Shown: in pieces, positions 39,209 to 51,038 of the stretch | How the letters are laid out: each line of letters opens with the position of its first letter | How positions within the stretch are numbered: the first letter of the stretch is position 1 | Assembly (NCBI GenBank): GCA_963733035.1 | Contig: CAVTBU010000004.1 | Span: 288,001-352,000, forward strand | From: Pirellulales bacterium | GTDB taxonomy: Bacteria > Planctomycetota > Planctomycetia > Pirellulales > PALSA-1355 | Direction of reading: 5' to 3' | Length of the DNA stretch: 64,000 bases | Translations under genes and position numbers: made by a program | The notes under the pieces: generated by a model | Told to the model about the DNA's origin: nothing | The model's input: only the letters and a program-made list of their open reading frames with translations | Databases searched by the model: none

Positions 39209-42200
39209 ATGAATGGACTAATACGCGCGTCGCTAAAAAACCCCTACGCGGTTACGGTCGTCGTCCTGACGCTGGTCGTGTTTGGCGTCCTGTCGCTGAT
39301 GATGATTCCCATCGACATTCTGCCGGTCTTCAGAAGCCCGGCCGTGCAGGTGCTAACCTTCTACAACGGGATGCCTGCTGACAGTATCGAGAAGGACATC
39401 ACGAACCGGATGGAACGGTGGACCGGTCAGGCGGCTGGCACCATGCGCCAGGAATCGCGTTCGATTCTCGGCGCAAGCATCATTCGCAATTACTACAGTG
39501 GCGACACGGACCCGAACGGTGCCCTCACGCAGGTAAATTCGTTGGCCTCGGCGGCCATCCCAAACCTGCCGCCGGGCACGCTGCCTCCGGTGATCCTGCC
39601 GTTCGATCCCACCAGCACGACACCGGCCTGCATCATCGCGCTGGATAGCGGCTCGCAGAGCGAATCGATTCTTTATGACGTTGGCCGCTACGAAGTTCGC
39701 AACATGATCATGGGCGTTCCCGGCGCCGTTGCGCCCGTCGTTTATGGCGGAAAGCTGCGGGCCGTGATGGCCTATCTTGACCGCGCGAAGCTGCAGGCCC
39801 GTAACTTGTCGCCAGTCGACGTCATGACGGCGCTCGACAACTACAACCTGTTTCTGCCGACTGGCGACGCGAAGTTTGGCTCGCTGGACTATGCCATCGA
39901 TTCGAATTCGATGTACGACCTGGTGGAGCGGATGGGCGATATTCCACTCCGCACCGAACATGGCAACGCCGCGTTCTTGAAGGACGTTGCCACGCCGAAG
40001 GATGCTTCGTTCATTCAGACCAACGTGGTACGCGTAAACGGTCGGCGTCAGGTATACATCCCGGTGTTCCGCCAAATGGGCTCCAGCACGCTCAGCGTGG
40101 TCAATCAGCTCAAAAAGGCGGTGCCCGACATGACCGCCAAAGTCACTCGCCCCGACATCAATCTTAAGCTTGTGATGGATCAGTCGGTGTATGTCCGGCA
40201 TTCGATCGAGAGCCTGTTCGAGGAAGGTGTGCTCGGGGCCGTGTTGTGCTCGCTCGTGATCCTCATCTTTCTGGGCGAGTGGCGGATGACGATGATCGCG
40301 GTGATGACCATTCCGATTTCCGTTCTGGCGGCGTGCGTCTGCCTGTACTACACCGGCAACACGATCAACGTGATGACGTTGGCCGGTCTGTCCTTGGCAA
40401 TCGGCCCGCTCGTCGACAGCGCCATCATTTGCTTGGAAAACACGCATCGCCATCTCGGGCTGGGGAATTCTCCTGCCAAGGCAGCCTACCTAGGTGCCAG
40501 TGAGGTGGCCATGCCGGAACTCGTGGCCAGCTGTTGTACCCTGTTGGTTCTCGCGCCCCTGGCGCTGATGCCGGGAATGGGCGAGTTTCTCTTCCGGCCG
40601 ATGGCGATGGCGGTAGCCTTTGCGATGATCGCGGCGTACATGCTATCGCGGTCATTCGTACCGGCACGCTGCGCCGCCTGGCTGAGGTCGCACCATGTCG
40701 AACATCCGATCGAAAGCCACAATCCGCATGGGGAAGACTACGAGCACCGTAGCGAACACGAACTGCCGCCCATGAAGAAGAACGTCTTCAGCCGGCTGTT
40801 CGAACGCTGGGAAGCGCTAATCAATCGCGGAATTCAGGCCTACGTATTCCTGTTGGGGCGGGTGATGAAGGTTCGGCTGCTAACGGTCTGTTCTGCCTTT
40901 GTGTTATTGGTGGTCACGGTCGGCGCTGGGGACGCAGCTCCGCCGCGAGTTCTTTCCCGAAGTTGACGCCGGAGCGTTCGAGATTTACGTGCGCGGCAAG
41001 TCGGGCACCCGAATCGAAATCAGCGAGCAGCGCATCGCGCAAGTTGAAGACTTCATCAAGAAGAAAGTCGGGCACGACTTGCAGTTGACCATCAGCGAAC
41101 TTGGCGTTACTCCCGACTGGTCGGCCGCGTATACGCCCAACTCGGGACCCATGGACAGCGTCGTCAAGGTTCAGCTTGATGAAGAACGCGAGAAGTCCGC
41201 GCAAGAGTACGTTGATATCCTGCGAGAAGGTTTTGCCAAGGATCCGGAATTTGCCTCGCTCGAATTTGCCTTTGACGCCGGCGGTATGATCCGCGGAGCC
41301 ATGAACGAAGGCAAATCAACGCCCATCAACATTCGTATCACCAGCAAGAACTTAGAGCTGGCACATAAGATCGCCGAGCAAATTGAACGTAAGGTTTCCA
41401 AAATCGACGGCGTCGTCGACTGTCGCATTTTGCAAAGATTGGATTACCCCAAGTACATCATCGACGTCGACCGCACCAAGGCGGCCGACCTGGGGTTGGA
41501 TCAGTCCGACGTGATGAAGAATGTCGTGGCGGCCCTCAACTCGAGCATCCAGTTCAACAAGCATAATTTCTGGATCGATCCGGTCAGTCACAATCAGTAT
41601 TTCGTCGGTGTGCAGTATCCGGAACGCGACATCAAGTCCGTCGACACGCTGATGGACATTCCGGTTACCAGCCCATTGCAGGAAAAACCGATTCCACTGC
41701 GGAATATCGCCTCGCTGCGGCGCAAACGATCCGGCCGAGATCACACACGCCAATTTGCAGCCAACGATCGACCTGACGATGGGCGTATCGCGGCGCGACC
41801 TGGGTCACGTGGCGATCGACGTCGCCGACGCGGTCCAGGAATTCGGCGAACAGATTGAACCCGGCGTGTGGGCACCATATGACCCCTATTCGGCCGATCA
41901 CAAGACCATATCTGGCAGCAAAATCACGATTACGGGCGAGTATACCCGTATGCAGGACACCTTTCGAAACCTCGGAATCGGCCTGGTGTTGGCATCGTTG
42001 CTTATCTACTTTTTGATGGTCGCGCTGTTTAAGTCTTACATCACTCCGCTGGTTGTGTTGGCCGCGGTGCCGATTGGCATCGTGGGCGTGATCGTGATGC
42101 TGTACTTGACGAGCACCGCCATCAACGTGCAATCGTTGTTGGGAGTGATTTTCATGGTGGGCATCGTCGTTTCGAACACGGTGCTCTTGACGGACTTCGC

Positions 42201-42496
42201 CCAGAAGCTTCGTGTCGAGGACAATCTGTCGCCGACCGAAGCCATCACGCGCGCGGCCGCCGTACGCGTGCGTCCCGTCGTAATGACTGCCCTGGCTGCA
42301 TTCTTCGCGCTGCTACCCATGGCGCGTAGGCCTGGCTCGCGGCAGTGAGGCAAACACGCCCTTGGGCCGTGCCGTCGTTGGCGGGTTGCTTGCCGGGCTG
42401 GTGACAACGCTGCTTGTTGTGCCGGCGCTATATTCGTTGATGGTACGGGATGATCGCGACAAAGAGCCTGTCGACATCGACGCTTTGCTGGCATAA
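39209..42496 (+). CDS. RND efflux permease, split by three frameshifts (near 40923, 41722 and 42324)
   Basis: ORFs 39209-40966, 40899-41858 and 41755-42348, plus the tail RGSEANTPLGRAVVGG..stop 42496, reassemble colinearly with the paralog at 44437-47691. Confidence 0.85.
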
Positions 42497-42790
42497 ACCA
42501 CGAAACTCGCGTAAGCAAATACAGCCGATCAGATCGGTGCGCCAACCGGCCGCGCGGCCCTTTTCGCAGTGCCACGGATCCGTCCCGGTTTTCCGGCGTT
42601 CGGCCAATAATCCGAAAGAGTGCGCAGCGACGCCCCCCGAGATTGAACGACCGTTCAGGGCTCACCTCCCACCTTGCAGGCCGCCCGGCGCCGAATGCGC
42701 CCCATAAAATCGCCAGATCGCTCGAATCCGGACGCGGCGTCTTGTCGCGTAGGGCCGCAACCTGACGATTTTGCAAGGTCGCACGGGGCT

Positions 42791-42807
42791 CGGCACAATA
42801 ATCGCAT
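42791..42807 (+). promoter_or_regulatory. Candidate sigma54 promoter
   Basis: CGGCACAATAATCGCAT (GG-N10-GC), about 80 bp upstream of the MFP ATG at 42888. Confidence 0.45.
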
Positions 42808-42887
42808 AAACTCTAATCGTGCCGCATTCGTTTCCTCCAGGATCCTCGAATGCCGCGCGAGCAGAATCCTCACCGCGGATTGGGCTG

Positions 42888-44440
42888 ATGACCGTACAAC
42901 GCTGGAAGATAGTTGTCTGGGGCGGACTTGCGGCTCTCGTTCTCGTGGTCGGGTTGATATTCAACGCGGTGGGCGGAAGCGACCGGCTGGCTGGCGCCAT
43001 TGGGCTAAACCGCACATCTGACACCACAGCTACCGGTGAGCAAGTATCGCGACGCACGTCCGCCGCATCCGCGCCGAGTCCGCAGGATCCCGGCCGCATC
43101 AAGCAGGTCACCGTGGTCATGCCCACGGCCGGCGGCGGAAGTCTGACCACCACTCAGCCGGCCTCCGTTCACTCATTTGGTATCGTCGACTTATATGCCA
43201 AGGTGTCGGGCTACCTGACGAATCAATCCGTTGACATCGGCGATCGTGTAAAGAAGGGACAAATTATCGCGGAGATCGACGCTCCGGAAATCGTCTCGGC
43301 TGAGCAACGCGCTGCCGCGATGTTGGAAAAGGCAAAAGCGAACGTCATACAAATGACGGCGACGATCGATGCCCGACAGGCGGATTTGAAGGCCGCCGAA
43401 GCCAACCAAGCGCAGCGCAAGCCGATCTTCAGAGCTACGAGGCCGAACTCACGTTTGCCACGCTTCAATACAACCGCATCAAAGCGCTCGCTGATCTGAA
43501 GTCCATCGAACGAGAACTCGTCGACGAAAAGGCCAAGCAGCTTGAAGTCGCCAATTCAAAACTGCGGGCCGCTCAGAAGGCGCTCGATACCGCAAAGGCC
43601 GAAGTCTTTTCCGCGGAGGCCGCGGTCAAGGAATCCGAGGCGACGCTCAATGACGCGAAAGCCCAGGTTCGCGTTGCGCAGGCAGACTTGGATAGTGCAA
43701 AACAATACGTCGAGTACACCCGCATCAAAGCGCCGTTTGACGGCGTCATCACACTGCGCAACTACTACGACGGCGATTTCATTCGCACCGCGACCGGCGG
43801 AGGCAATGTTCCTTCGACCGGTGGGCCCCTGCTGCGCGTGGCTCGGACCGACAAAATGCGAGTCGTCGTGCAACTGCCCGACCGTTACATACCGTATGCG
43901 AATCCAGGGGACGACGTGACCCTTACAATCGATTCGCTGCCGAACAAGACTTTTTCGGGCAGTATCTCGCGGATGGTGCGCGCGGAAGTCTATGACACCC
44001 GATATATGCGCGTTGAAATCGATGAGGAGAATTCGGACGGCCTGCTTCAGGACGGGATGTATGGCAGCGCGACGATTGTGCTGGAAAAGGAGCGGCCAGG
44101 AGTTCAGATTCCTTCGTCGTGCCTGGTCGGTGCTGAGAGTCAGGGAATGCGTTCGGTGTATGTCGTCCGCGACGGCCAGGCCAAGCGTCGCGAAGTCACA
44201 ATCGGAGACGACAATGGGTTGCACGCCCAGATTCTGTCAGGTCTCACGGCGGATGATCAGGTCATTACCGGACAGTTGGGCTCGCTGAAGGACGGGATGC
44301 CAGTCAAGGTCGTTGGCACGAAAATCACCGAGCAAGCGTCGCCTCCACGCCAGCGGGCTTCGACGACGCAAGACACTAGTGCCACTCACACTCCAGAAGC
44401 ACGGACGTCGCCGGAAGATCAGGGGGGACCAACGAAGTGA
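42888..44440 (+). CDS. RND periplasmic adaptor (MFP), split by a frameshift near 43415
   Basis: AKVSGYL..Q.VDIGD is in the first frame. The second frame runs QADLQSYEAEL..IKAPFDGVI..LQDGMYG to 44440. Confidence 0.85.
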
Positions 44441-47400
44441 CCTCCCTCATCCGCTTGGCGTTGCGAAATCCCCGGGCCGTGACCGTAAGTGTTCTGGCCG
44501 TCCTCTTGATCGGCGGCCTGTGCCTGACCCAGATCCCGGTGGATATCCTGCCTGTGTTTGATCGCCCGGCGGTCCAGGTGTTGACTTTCTATAGCGGCAT
44601 GCCGCCCACAAGCATTGCCAGTGCGATCACCAACCCCATGGAACGCTGGACCGGCACGTCGGCGGGCATGCGCCGTCAGGAGTCTCGCTCGATTCTGGGC
44701 GTTAGCGTGATTCGCAACTACTTTCGCAGCGGCGTCGATCCAAATGGCGCGCTGACGCAGGTCAACTCCCTGGCCCTGGCCGAGATCCCCAATCTCCCCC
44801 CGGGCACGCTGCCCCCGATCGTGCTACCCTACGATCCGACCGCCACCACGCCGGCCTGTATCGTGGCCTTGGATAGCAAGGACCAGACGGAATCGACGCT
44901 TTACGATGTTGGCCGATACGAAGTGCGCAACATGATCATGAGTTCTCCGGGAGCCAATGCGCCGGTGGTTTTCGGCGGCAAAATTCGCGCGATCCTGGCT
45001 TATTTGGATCGCACGAAGCTGCAATCGCGCGACCTGTCGCTTATGGACGCGCTTAATGCAATCGAGCAGTACAACGTTTTCCTGCCCACGGGAGATGCAA
45101 AGTTTGGCGACACGGATTTTGCCATCGACTCTAACTCGATGTTCGACGTCGTCCAGCAAATGGAGGACATTCCCCTTCGCCGCCGCCCCGGCGCCACGGA
45201 TTTCCTGGGGGACGTGGCCGAAGTAAAGGATTCCAACTTGATTCAAATGACGGCCGTCCGCGTCGATGGTCGCAGGCAAGTCTATATTCCCGTCTACCGA
45301 CAAGCTGGCGCGAGCACGCTTGGCGTGGTCGATAACGTCCGGTCGTCACTTCCCGAGATGGAATCAAAAATCAGCCGTCCCGGGATCGGCCTGAAGCTCG
45401 TGATGGATCAGTCCGTATATGTCCGTCAATCAATCCGAAGTCTGATAACTGAAGGACTGCTGGGCGCGGTACTTTGTTCGCTGGTGATTCTCGTCTTTTT
45501 GGGTCAATTGCGGATGACGGCCATCGCCGTGCTGATGATCCCGACAGCCATCATGGCGGCAGTTGCTTGCCTGTACTCAGTCGGCGAAACGATCAACGTG
45601 ATGACCCTCGCGGGACTGGCCCTGGCCATCGGACCACTCGTGGATTTGGCAATCGTTGTGCTGGAAAACACCCATCGCAAACTCGTCGAGATCGGGCAGC
45701 CGAGAAAGGCCGCGTTGAGCGGGGCGTCGGAAGTCGTGATGCCCGAGTTGGTCGCGACCTTGAGCACGCTCCTGGTGCTTGCCCCGCTGGCGGTCATGCC
45801 AGGCTCCGGACAATTCCTTTTTAAGCCGATGGCGCTAGCGGTTTGCTTTGCCATGCTGTGCGCAATGCTGCTGGCGCTGTCATTCGTGCCTTCGCGGTGC
45901 GCAACCTGGTTAAAGGCCCCCAAAAACCAGTCGGACGCCGGCGAGAAGCCGGGATTCTTCAGCCGGGCGTTTTCCCGGTGGGAAGCCGCGGTGGACTCGG
46001 CCATTGGATGGTACCGGCGACGCCTGAATTGGGTCGTAGGCCATCGATCGGTGACGATGGCCATTCCTGTCGCGTTACTTATTCTGCTGATTATTTTCAT
46101 TGGACCGTCCATGCGGAGAGAATTCTTTCCGCAAGTTGATACGGGCGCATTCGAAATCTATGTGCGGGCGCCCAGCGGAACTCGACTGGAAGTATCCGAA
46201 CAGAATTATATTACGAAAGTCGAAAAGACGATCCGACAGACCATTGGCCAGGATTTGGAACTCATCCTCAGCACGCTTGGCGTCCGAGCAGATTGGTCTG
46301 CCGCGTACTCCCCTAACTCGGGACCGATGGATACCGTCGTTCAGGTGCAACTTGCGTCCGAGCGGAAGCACTCGGCGCAGCAGTATGTGACTCGACTGCG
46401 GGAGGCATTTCGTGCCGAACCACAATTTGCCAATCTCGAGTTTGCCTTCAACGACGGCGGAATGATTCGCAGCGCGCTGAACGAAGGACGTTCCACGCCG
46501 ATCGACGTGCAGATCATATCCAAGGATCGCGAAAAGGCGCATCAGGTGGCCAAGGGCATCCGCAACGCAGTGGCGGAAATCGATGGCGTCGTCGATGCCC
46601 GCGTCATGCAACGATTGGACTATCCGGAGTATTTGCTCGAAGTCGATCGAACCAAGGCCCACCGGCTTGGACTAACACAACAAGAGGTCATGAAGAATGT
46701 GATCTCGGCCATCAAGTCGAGCATCCAATTCAACAAGCACAACTTCTGGATCGATCCACTCAGCAAGAATCAGTACTTTGTCGGCGTTCAGTATCCGGAA
46801 AAAGATATTACCTCCCTGGAAACATTGCTTGATGTGCCCATTCGCGGCCCGCAGCAGACCACACCCATTCCGCTCAGTAGCATCGTCAGCATTAAGCCCA
46901 CGTCCATTGCCGCCGAGGTGACGCACACCGATTTGCAGACGACGACGGACGTAACCATGAATGTCGAAGGGCGGGATCTGGGGCACGTCGCCGCCGACAT
47001 TACCCGTACGGTCGATCAATTCGGGCAGCGCAACGAGGATGGAAAATGGGTTCTCTTTGATCCGGATGACTCCACCAAGTCAAAACTGATGACGGGCAGC
47101 ACGATGACCGTGAGCGGTGAATACACGCACATGCAAGAAACGTTCCGTGAATTCGCCATCGGAATTGCTTTGACTTCGCTCCTGATCTATTTTTTGATGG
47201 TTAGCCTGCTCGATTCGTATGTCGTCCCGCTGGTCGTTCTGGCCGGTGTCCCGCTCGGCCTGATCGGCATTGTGCCGGTCCTCTATCTGACCGGCACGTC
47301 CATCAACGTTCAGTCGCTCTTGGGCGTGGTGTTTGTCGTGGGAATTATCGTTTCAAACTCGGTGCTGCTGGTAGACCTCGCACAGAACTTTCGCCGGGAG

Positions 47401-47691
47401 GAAAACCTCAACCCCACGCAAGCCGTTTGCAAGGCGGCAGAGCGGCGCGTACGGCCTGTCGTGATGACCGCCTTGGCGGCGTTTTTCGCCTTGATGCCCA
47501 TGGCGATGGCCCTGGAGCGCGGGAGCGAGGCCAACGCGCCGCTCGGCCGGGCCGTGGTTGGCGGATTGGTGGCAGGTCTGTTCGCGACTCTGGTAATTGT
47601 TCCGGCCCTCTATTCACTGTGGGTGCGCGGCCACGTCGAGACCGATTCAAGTGATGAGCCTGACGCAAACGCGGCAGGCGCACTCGCGTAG
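44437..47691 (+). CDS. RND efflux permease
   Basis: Intact 1084 aa with GTGA overlap. IPVDILP, GPLVDLAIVVLEN, REFFPQVDTG, RVRPVVMT. Confidence 0.93.
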   Translation: MTSLIRLALRNPRAVTVSVLAVLLIGGLCLTQIPVDILPVFDRPAVQVLTFYSGMPPTSIASAITNPMERWTGTSAGMRRQESRSILGVSVIRNYFRSGVDPNGALTQVNSLALAEIPNLPPGTLPPIVLPYDPTATTPACIVALDSKDQTESTLYDVGRYEVRNMIMSSPGANAPVVFGGKIRAILAYLDRTKLQSRDLSLMDALNAIEQYNVFLPTGDAKFGDTDFAIDSNSMFDVVQQMEDIPLRRRPGATDFLGDVAEVKDSNLIQMTAVRVDGRRQVYIPVYRQAGASTLGVVDNVRSSLPEMESKISRPGIGLKLVMDQSVYVRQSIRSLITEGLLGAVLCSLVILVFLGQLRMTAIAVLMIPTAIMAAVACLYSVGETINVMTLAGLALAIGPLVDLAIVVLENTHRKLVEIGQPRKAALSGASEVVMPELVATLSTLLVLAPLAVMPGSGQFLFKPMALAVCFAMLCAMLLALSFVPSRCATWLKAPKNQSDAGEKPGFFSRAFSRWEAAVDSAIGWYRRRLNWVVGHRSVTMAIPVALLILLIIFIGPSMRREFFPQVDTGAFEIYVRAPSGTRLEVSEQNYITKVEKTIRQTIGQDLELILSTLGVRADWSAAYSPNSGPMDTVVQVQLASERKHSAQQYVTRLREAFRAEPQFANLEFAFNDGGMIRSALNEGRSTPIDVQIISKDREKAHQVAKGIRNAVAEIDGVVDARVMQRLDYPEYLLEVDRTKAHRLGLTQQEVMKNVISAIKSSIQFNKHNFWIDPLSKNQYFVGVQYPEKDITSLETLLDVPIRGPQQTTPIPLSSIVSIKPTSIAAEVTHTDLQTTTDVTMNVEGRDLGHVAADITRTVDQFGQRNEDGKWVLFDPDDSTKSKLMTGSTMTVSGEYTHMQETFREFAIGIALTSLLIYFLMVSLLDSYVVPLVVLAGVPLGLIGIVPVLYLTGTSINVQSLLGVVFVVGIIVSNSVLLVDLAQNFRREENLNPTQAVCKAAERRVRPVVMTALAAFFALMPMAMALERGSEANAPLGRAVVGGLVAGLFATLVIVPALYSLWVRGHVETDSSDEPDANAAGALA

Positions 47692-47713
47692 CACCGGACA
47701 TGCCGCGGACACG

Positions 47714-49561
47714 TCAGAAGTAGACTTGAGTACGGATCCAAAACAGGTCGTTCGACGTTTCGAATTGACCTGGGCTGAGGAAGACTGGACTGCCGAAGAT
47801 CGCGTGCTCCCAGTCGAAATAGACTTTGACGAACTTGTTCAGGTACCAATTCAGCCCGATGTCGATCAGCTTCGCATTGTTGCTCCACAAATTCGGATCG
47901 GAAATGCCGTTGGTAAACACGCGTTGATCGAGATTCAGTTCGCTGTAGCGCCCCGTCACTTCCCAGGCGCCGAGACCGAAGCGCCCTTTACGCAGGTCGA
48001 AACGGCACAGCGGATCGATGAGCGTTCGATCGCGAATCGTCTCGCCGGTGAGAATATATGCGGCCTGCACAACCCAACCGCGGATCGGAACACGGGTCGA
48101 CGGGCCCCCCAACGCCGCGTAGCTTTCGTGCCCGCCCTCGACGGCGGCCAGCGCGGAGAGCCCGCCGTAGTAATACGCCAGGTGAGCTTCCCACAGCGAC
48201 CGAGTCCCCAGTTCCTGCACGCCCGGGTTGAATGCCAGAAAGGGCAAGCTGGCGGCATTGGCGGCGGCGTTGTCGTTGACGCCAGTCGCACCCGGCGCGA
48301 TGTTCGTTCTGAGCACGGCCGGCACGGTTGGCTGGTCTTCCGTTCCCGCGTCGACCGAACCGCCGAATTGCACGTCGCGCAACCAAAACCCCTCTTCGCG
48401 ATTGTAGAAGGGCTTCAAGTTGACAAACGCCATCGCGTCCTGGCGGTTGCTGAACGGCTGGTATGAGTTTCGTTGCGTATTGAAGGAACCCACGGCGTAT
48501 TCGACTCGCTGCTCCCAGACGCTTCCCCACAGCATCAGGCCAAAGCGTCGGTTGCCCTCGTAGTTGTTTGCAAACAGCGACCGCTCCGGCGCCATCAGAT
48601 CCCAGACGTGCGTCCGATAGTATTCATAGGTAAACGGGGTCTTGTACCGGCCAAAGCGGACCTGCAGCCGCGGGTCGTAGTCGAGGTTGATGTAGGCATC
48701 CAGCAATTTGACGTTGTCAAAGCTGTTCTGATACGAAAATTCGTACTTGATTGGCTTTGTAACGTGGCCCTCGAAGTAAACTCGGGTGCGCGGATTGTAG
48801 ATGCCGCTGTTTGCGATACTATCTCCGGCCGGCGAATACATGCGGGCGTCGATTTGCGACATGCCGCGGATGCCCAGCGTGTATTCCTGTTCTTTGGTCG
48901 ACCAACCGAAGCCATCGTGGTCGAAATCATAATGCGATTCGAGTTGGAGCTTGCCAACATGACGGTTGCCAATGACCTGAGCGCGACCCTGAACCGTCGG
49001 ATCGCCACCGGACGCCTTGGAGCCACCACCGGCGACTTGCGGACGGTCGTAGTCAAACTGGCCACGCCCTAGCAAAAAGGAATCGCCGCGAGCCAGTTCG
49101 GGCACCGGCATCGTCCCGTAGCCTCCTTGGCTGTCGGGCCTCTGCGTCTCACTCAAGTAGGGACCGGAGGCTTCGCCAACGACTGCTTCCTGCCAGTTCA
49201 AGCCGGCCTTCATCACCGAAGGGTCAGCGACCAGGCCCTCGGGTTCACTCTGAAGCGTGCGATGAGCGTCTGGAAGCCGTCGCGAAATGACATCGACCTG
49301 CTTGGCGAGCGCTTGATTGCTTCGCACCAAGTCTTGATTCGCCCGCGTTACTTGATCGAGACGGCGTTCCAAGTCGTTGAGCCGGCTACTCACGTCCGGC
49401 CAAGGCGCGATGGCAACGCTCGGACATGGCGATCCGTCCACGACTCCCGAAGTTGGGGGCAGACGGTCTTGCGCAATCGTCTCGTCGACAAACACGGACA
49501 GGAAACCGACGAGAGCAGCCACGCCCGCGACATATCGTCTGAGTGGAAGCGTGGCTTGCAT
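47714..49561 (-). CDS. OprO/OprP phosphate-selective-porin family outer membrane protein
   Basis: Signal peptide, N-terminal coiled coil, LDAYIN, GRYKTPF..E, GAWEV..RYS, GLNWYLN, terminal aromatic residue (QVYF). Confidence 0.8.
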   Translation of the reverse strand: MQATLPLRRYVAGVAALVGFLSVFVDETIAQDRLPPTSGVVDGSPCPSVAIAPWPDVSSRLNDLERRLDQVTRANQDLVRSNQALAKQVDVISRRLPDAHRTLQSEPEGLVADPSVMKAGLNWQEAVVGEASGPYLSETQRPDSQGGYGTMPVPELARGDSFLLGRGQFDYDRPQVAGGGSKASGGDPTVQGRAQVIGNRHVGKLQLESHYDFDHDGFGWSTKEQEYTLGIRGMSQIDARMYSPAGDSIANSGIYNPRTRVYFEGHVTKPIKYEFSYQNSFDNVKLLDAYINLDYDPRLQVRFGRYKTPFTYEYYRTHVWDLMAPERSLFANNYEGNRRFGLMLWGSVWEQRVEYAVGSFNTQRNSYQPFSNRQDAMAFVNLKPFYNREEGFWLRDVQFGGSVDAGTEDQPTVPAVLRTNIAPGATGVNDNAAANAASLPFLAFNPGVQELGTRSLWEAHLAYYYGGLSALAAVEGGHESYAALGGPSTRVPIRGWVVQAAYILTGETIRDRTLIDPLCRFDLRKGRFGLGAWEVTGRYSELNLDQRVFTNGISDPNLWSNNAKLIDIGLNWYLNKFVKVYFDWEHAIFGSPVFLSPGQFETSNDLFWIRTQVYF

Positions 49562-49759
49562 ATCCAGGCTCGGTTGATGGAAGCAAACGTCGGTGCAATT
49601 GGAAAGTGTCAAAGTTTTGCGCGCACCTTGACCCCATCGATTACATCGACCTTGCGGGCGTACCAGCTTGACTCCACGCACGGTCGGGTGTTAAGCAACG
49701 AAAGCTGCGTCGAATATGGCGACACAGGTCGCCAACATGCGTGGTTCAACTGGTGGCCG

Positions 49760-50124
49760 CGCGGGAAATCTCCGTTCGCTTTGGCAAGAACGCCAGCGCC
49801 AGCATGCAGGCATCGACTGCCTGTGCCCCCAGACGAAATGCGCGTGGCCTGGCTCCGCCTCCGGTGAACCGCTCCATTCGAACCGATCGAGGTGATCGTC
49901 AACCTCCAGTGCCGTACGAGTCCGACCTAAGCCAGGTCGTTGAGGTTTCGGAAGACCGTCGTCTGATCCGTTCCTCGCCCGCCGAGCCCGCTGGCCACCT
50001 CGGCGTGGGTAACCGGCCCGGTCGCCTGTTGCAGCACTTCGCAAACTGCAATTCGGGCCGGCGTGGCACGCAACCCCTTGCCACGAATCAACGCGCGCGG
50101 ATCCAGTTTCTTCTTTCTCTTCAT
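49760..50124 (-). pseudogene. fur: Fur/Zur-family metalloregulator, disrupted
   Basis: GLRATPARIAV..L..A.GPVTHAEV..TTVFRNL, then an in-frame TAG at 49927-49929, a frameshift near 49905 and HAHFV with no following CxxC. 3' end approximate. Confidence 0.7.
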
Positions 50125-50498
50125 GCGCGAAGCCGCCTCTCCCTCCACGAATGCGACCTGCACCCGTCAGTTTTCGTCCAGCTCGGACATCGGTGCATGC
50201 CTCTACCGGGAAGATAGGGCAAATCCACGGCACTTGCGATCTCCGACGCCCGTCCTGCCGTACTGCAACTTGCTCGAAGCGCGGTGGAGTCAGGGGCCGG
50301 GATTCCCCGACCGTTTGCCTACGACGGAACTGGTCTCAAGTGGCCGGGTACAAGGGACCCTTTGCGGCCAGTCCTCCACGGGAGCAAGCATTCTGGTCGC
50401 ACGGCCGACAACCTTCCGAAAGGCGACCGAAGCGGAAATCAAACCGTCAGCGAAATGATGCTGCAATGCGACATATTGCTGAGAATCCTCCATACCAG

Positions 50499-50514
50499 CG
50501 GCACAAAAAATGCT
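50499..50514 (+). promoter_or_regulatory. Candidate sigma54 promoter of the Hpt gene
   Basis: CGGCACAAAAAATGCT (GG-N10-GC), 90 bp upstream of ATG 50604. Confidence 0.5.
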
Positions 50515-50603
50515 CTACGCTATCTCGCAACGACTGCCCCGTGGCATCGAGTTGCCAGGCTTGCCGTTGCGGTTGGTTGCGGGCTCGTAAAGAGGCGATT
50601 CCA

Positions 50604-51023
50604 ATGGATGTCAACAGGAAGCACGAACGGAAGTCCGTGGCGAGAGAGCCCGCCGGGAAGGTCGACAAAGTTTTCGACTACGAGCGCTCACTCGTCCGAC
50701 TTGGTGGCGACCCCTCGCTTTTCTGCGAGATTGTCGCGCTCTTTTTGGAAGATGCGCCACAATTGCTCGAGCGTGCCAGGCTGGGGCTCCGAGACGAGAA
50801 TCTGCCGGAACTCGAAAGGGCGGTACACAGCTTAAAAGGACTTTCGGCCAACTTCGATGCAATGCCGTTTGCATCGGCGGCTTATTGCGTTGAGCAATAT
50901 GCGCACGATCAGGATTTGGCGCGAGTGGCCGAATCTTTTCCGGAACTGGAGCAGGAGTTTGCCCGGCTTTGGACCACGCTGACGACCTTTCGGAATTGCG
51001 AGCGGCATTCGGGCGATCCATAG
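50604..51023 (+). CDS. Stand-alone Hpt phosphotransfer protein
   Basis: RLGGD..LF.EI..LFLED, HSLKGLSANF. Confidence 0.85.
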   Translation: MDVNRKHERKSVAREPAGKVDKVFDYERSLVRLGGDPSLFCEIVALFLEDAPQLLERARLGLRDENLPELERAVHSLKGLSANFDAMPFASAAYCVEQYAHDQDLARVAESFPELEQEFARLWTTLTTFRNCERHSGDP

Positions 51024-51038
51024 CAACGTCGGGGGCTT

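Noticed and set aside
39209..44440. RND and MFP genes as true pseudogenes
   Set aside because: There are no in-frame nonsense codons or visible drift, only GCGC-associated indels. Not fully excluded without reads.
50542..50555. Second sigma54 box TGGCATCGAGTTGC
   Set aside because: GG-to-GC spacing is 9 nt rather than the required 10.
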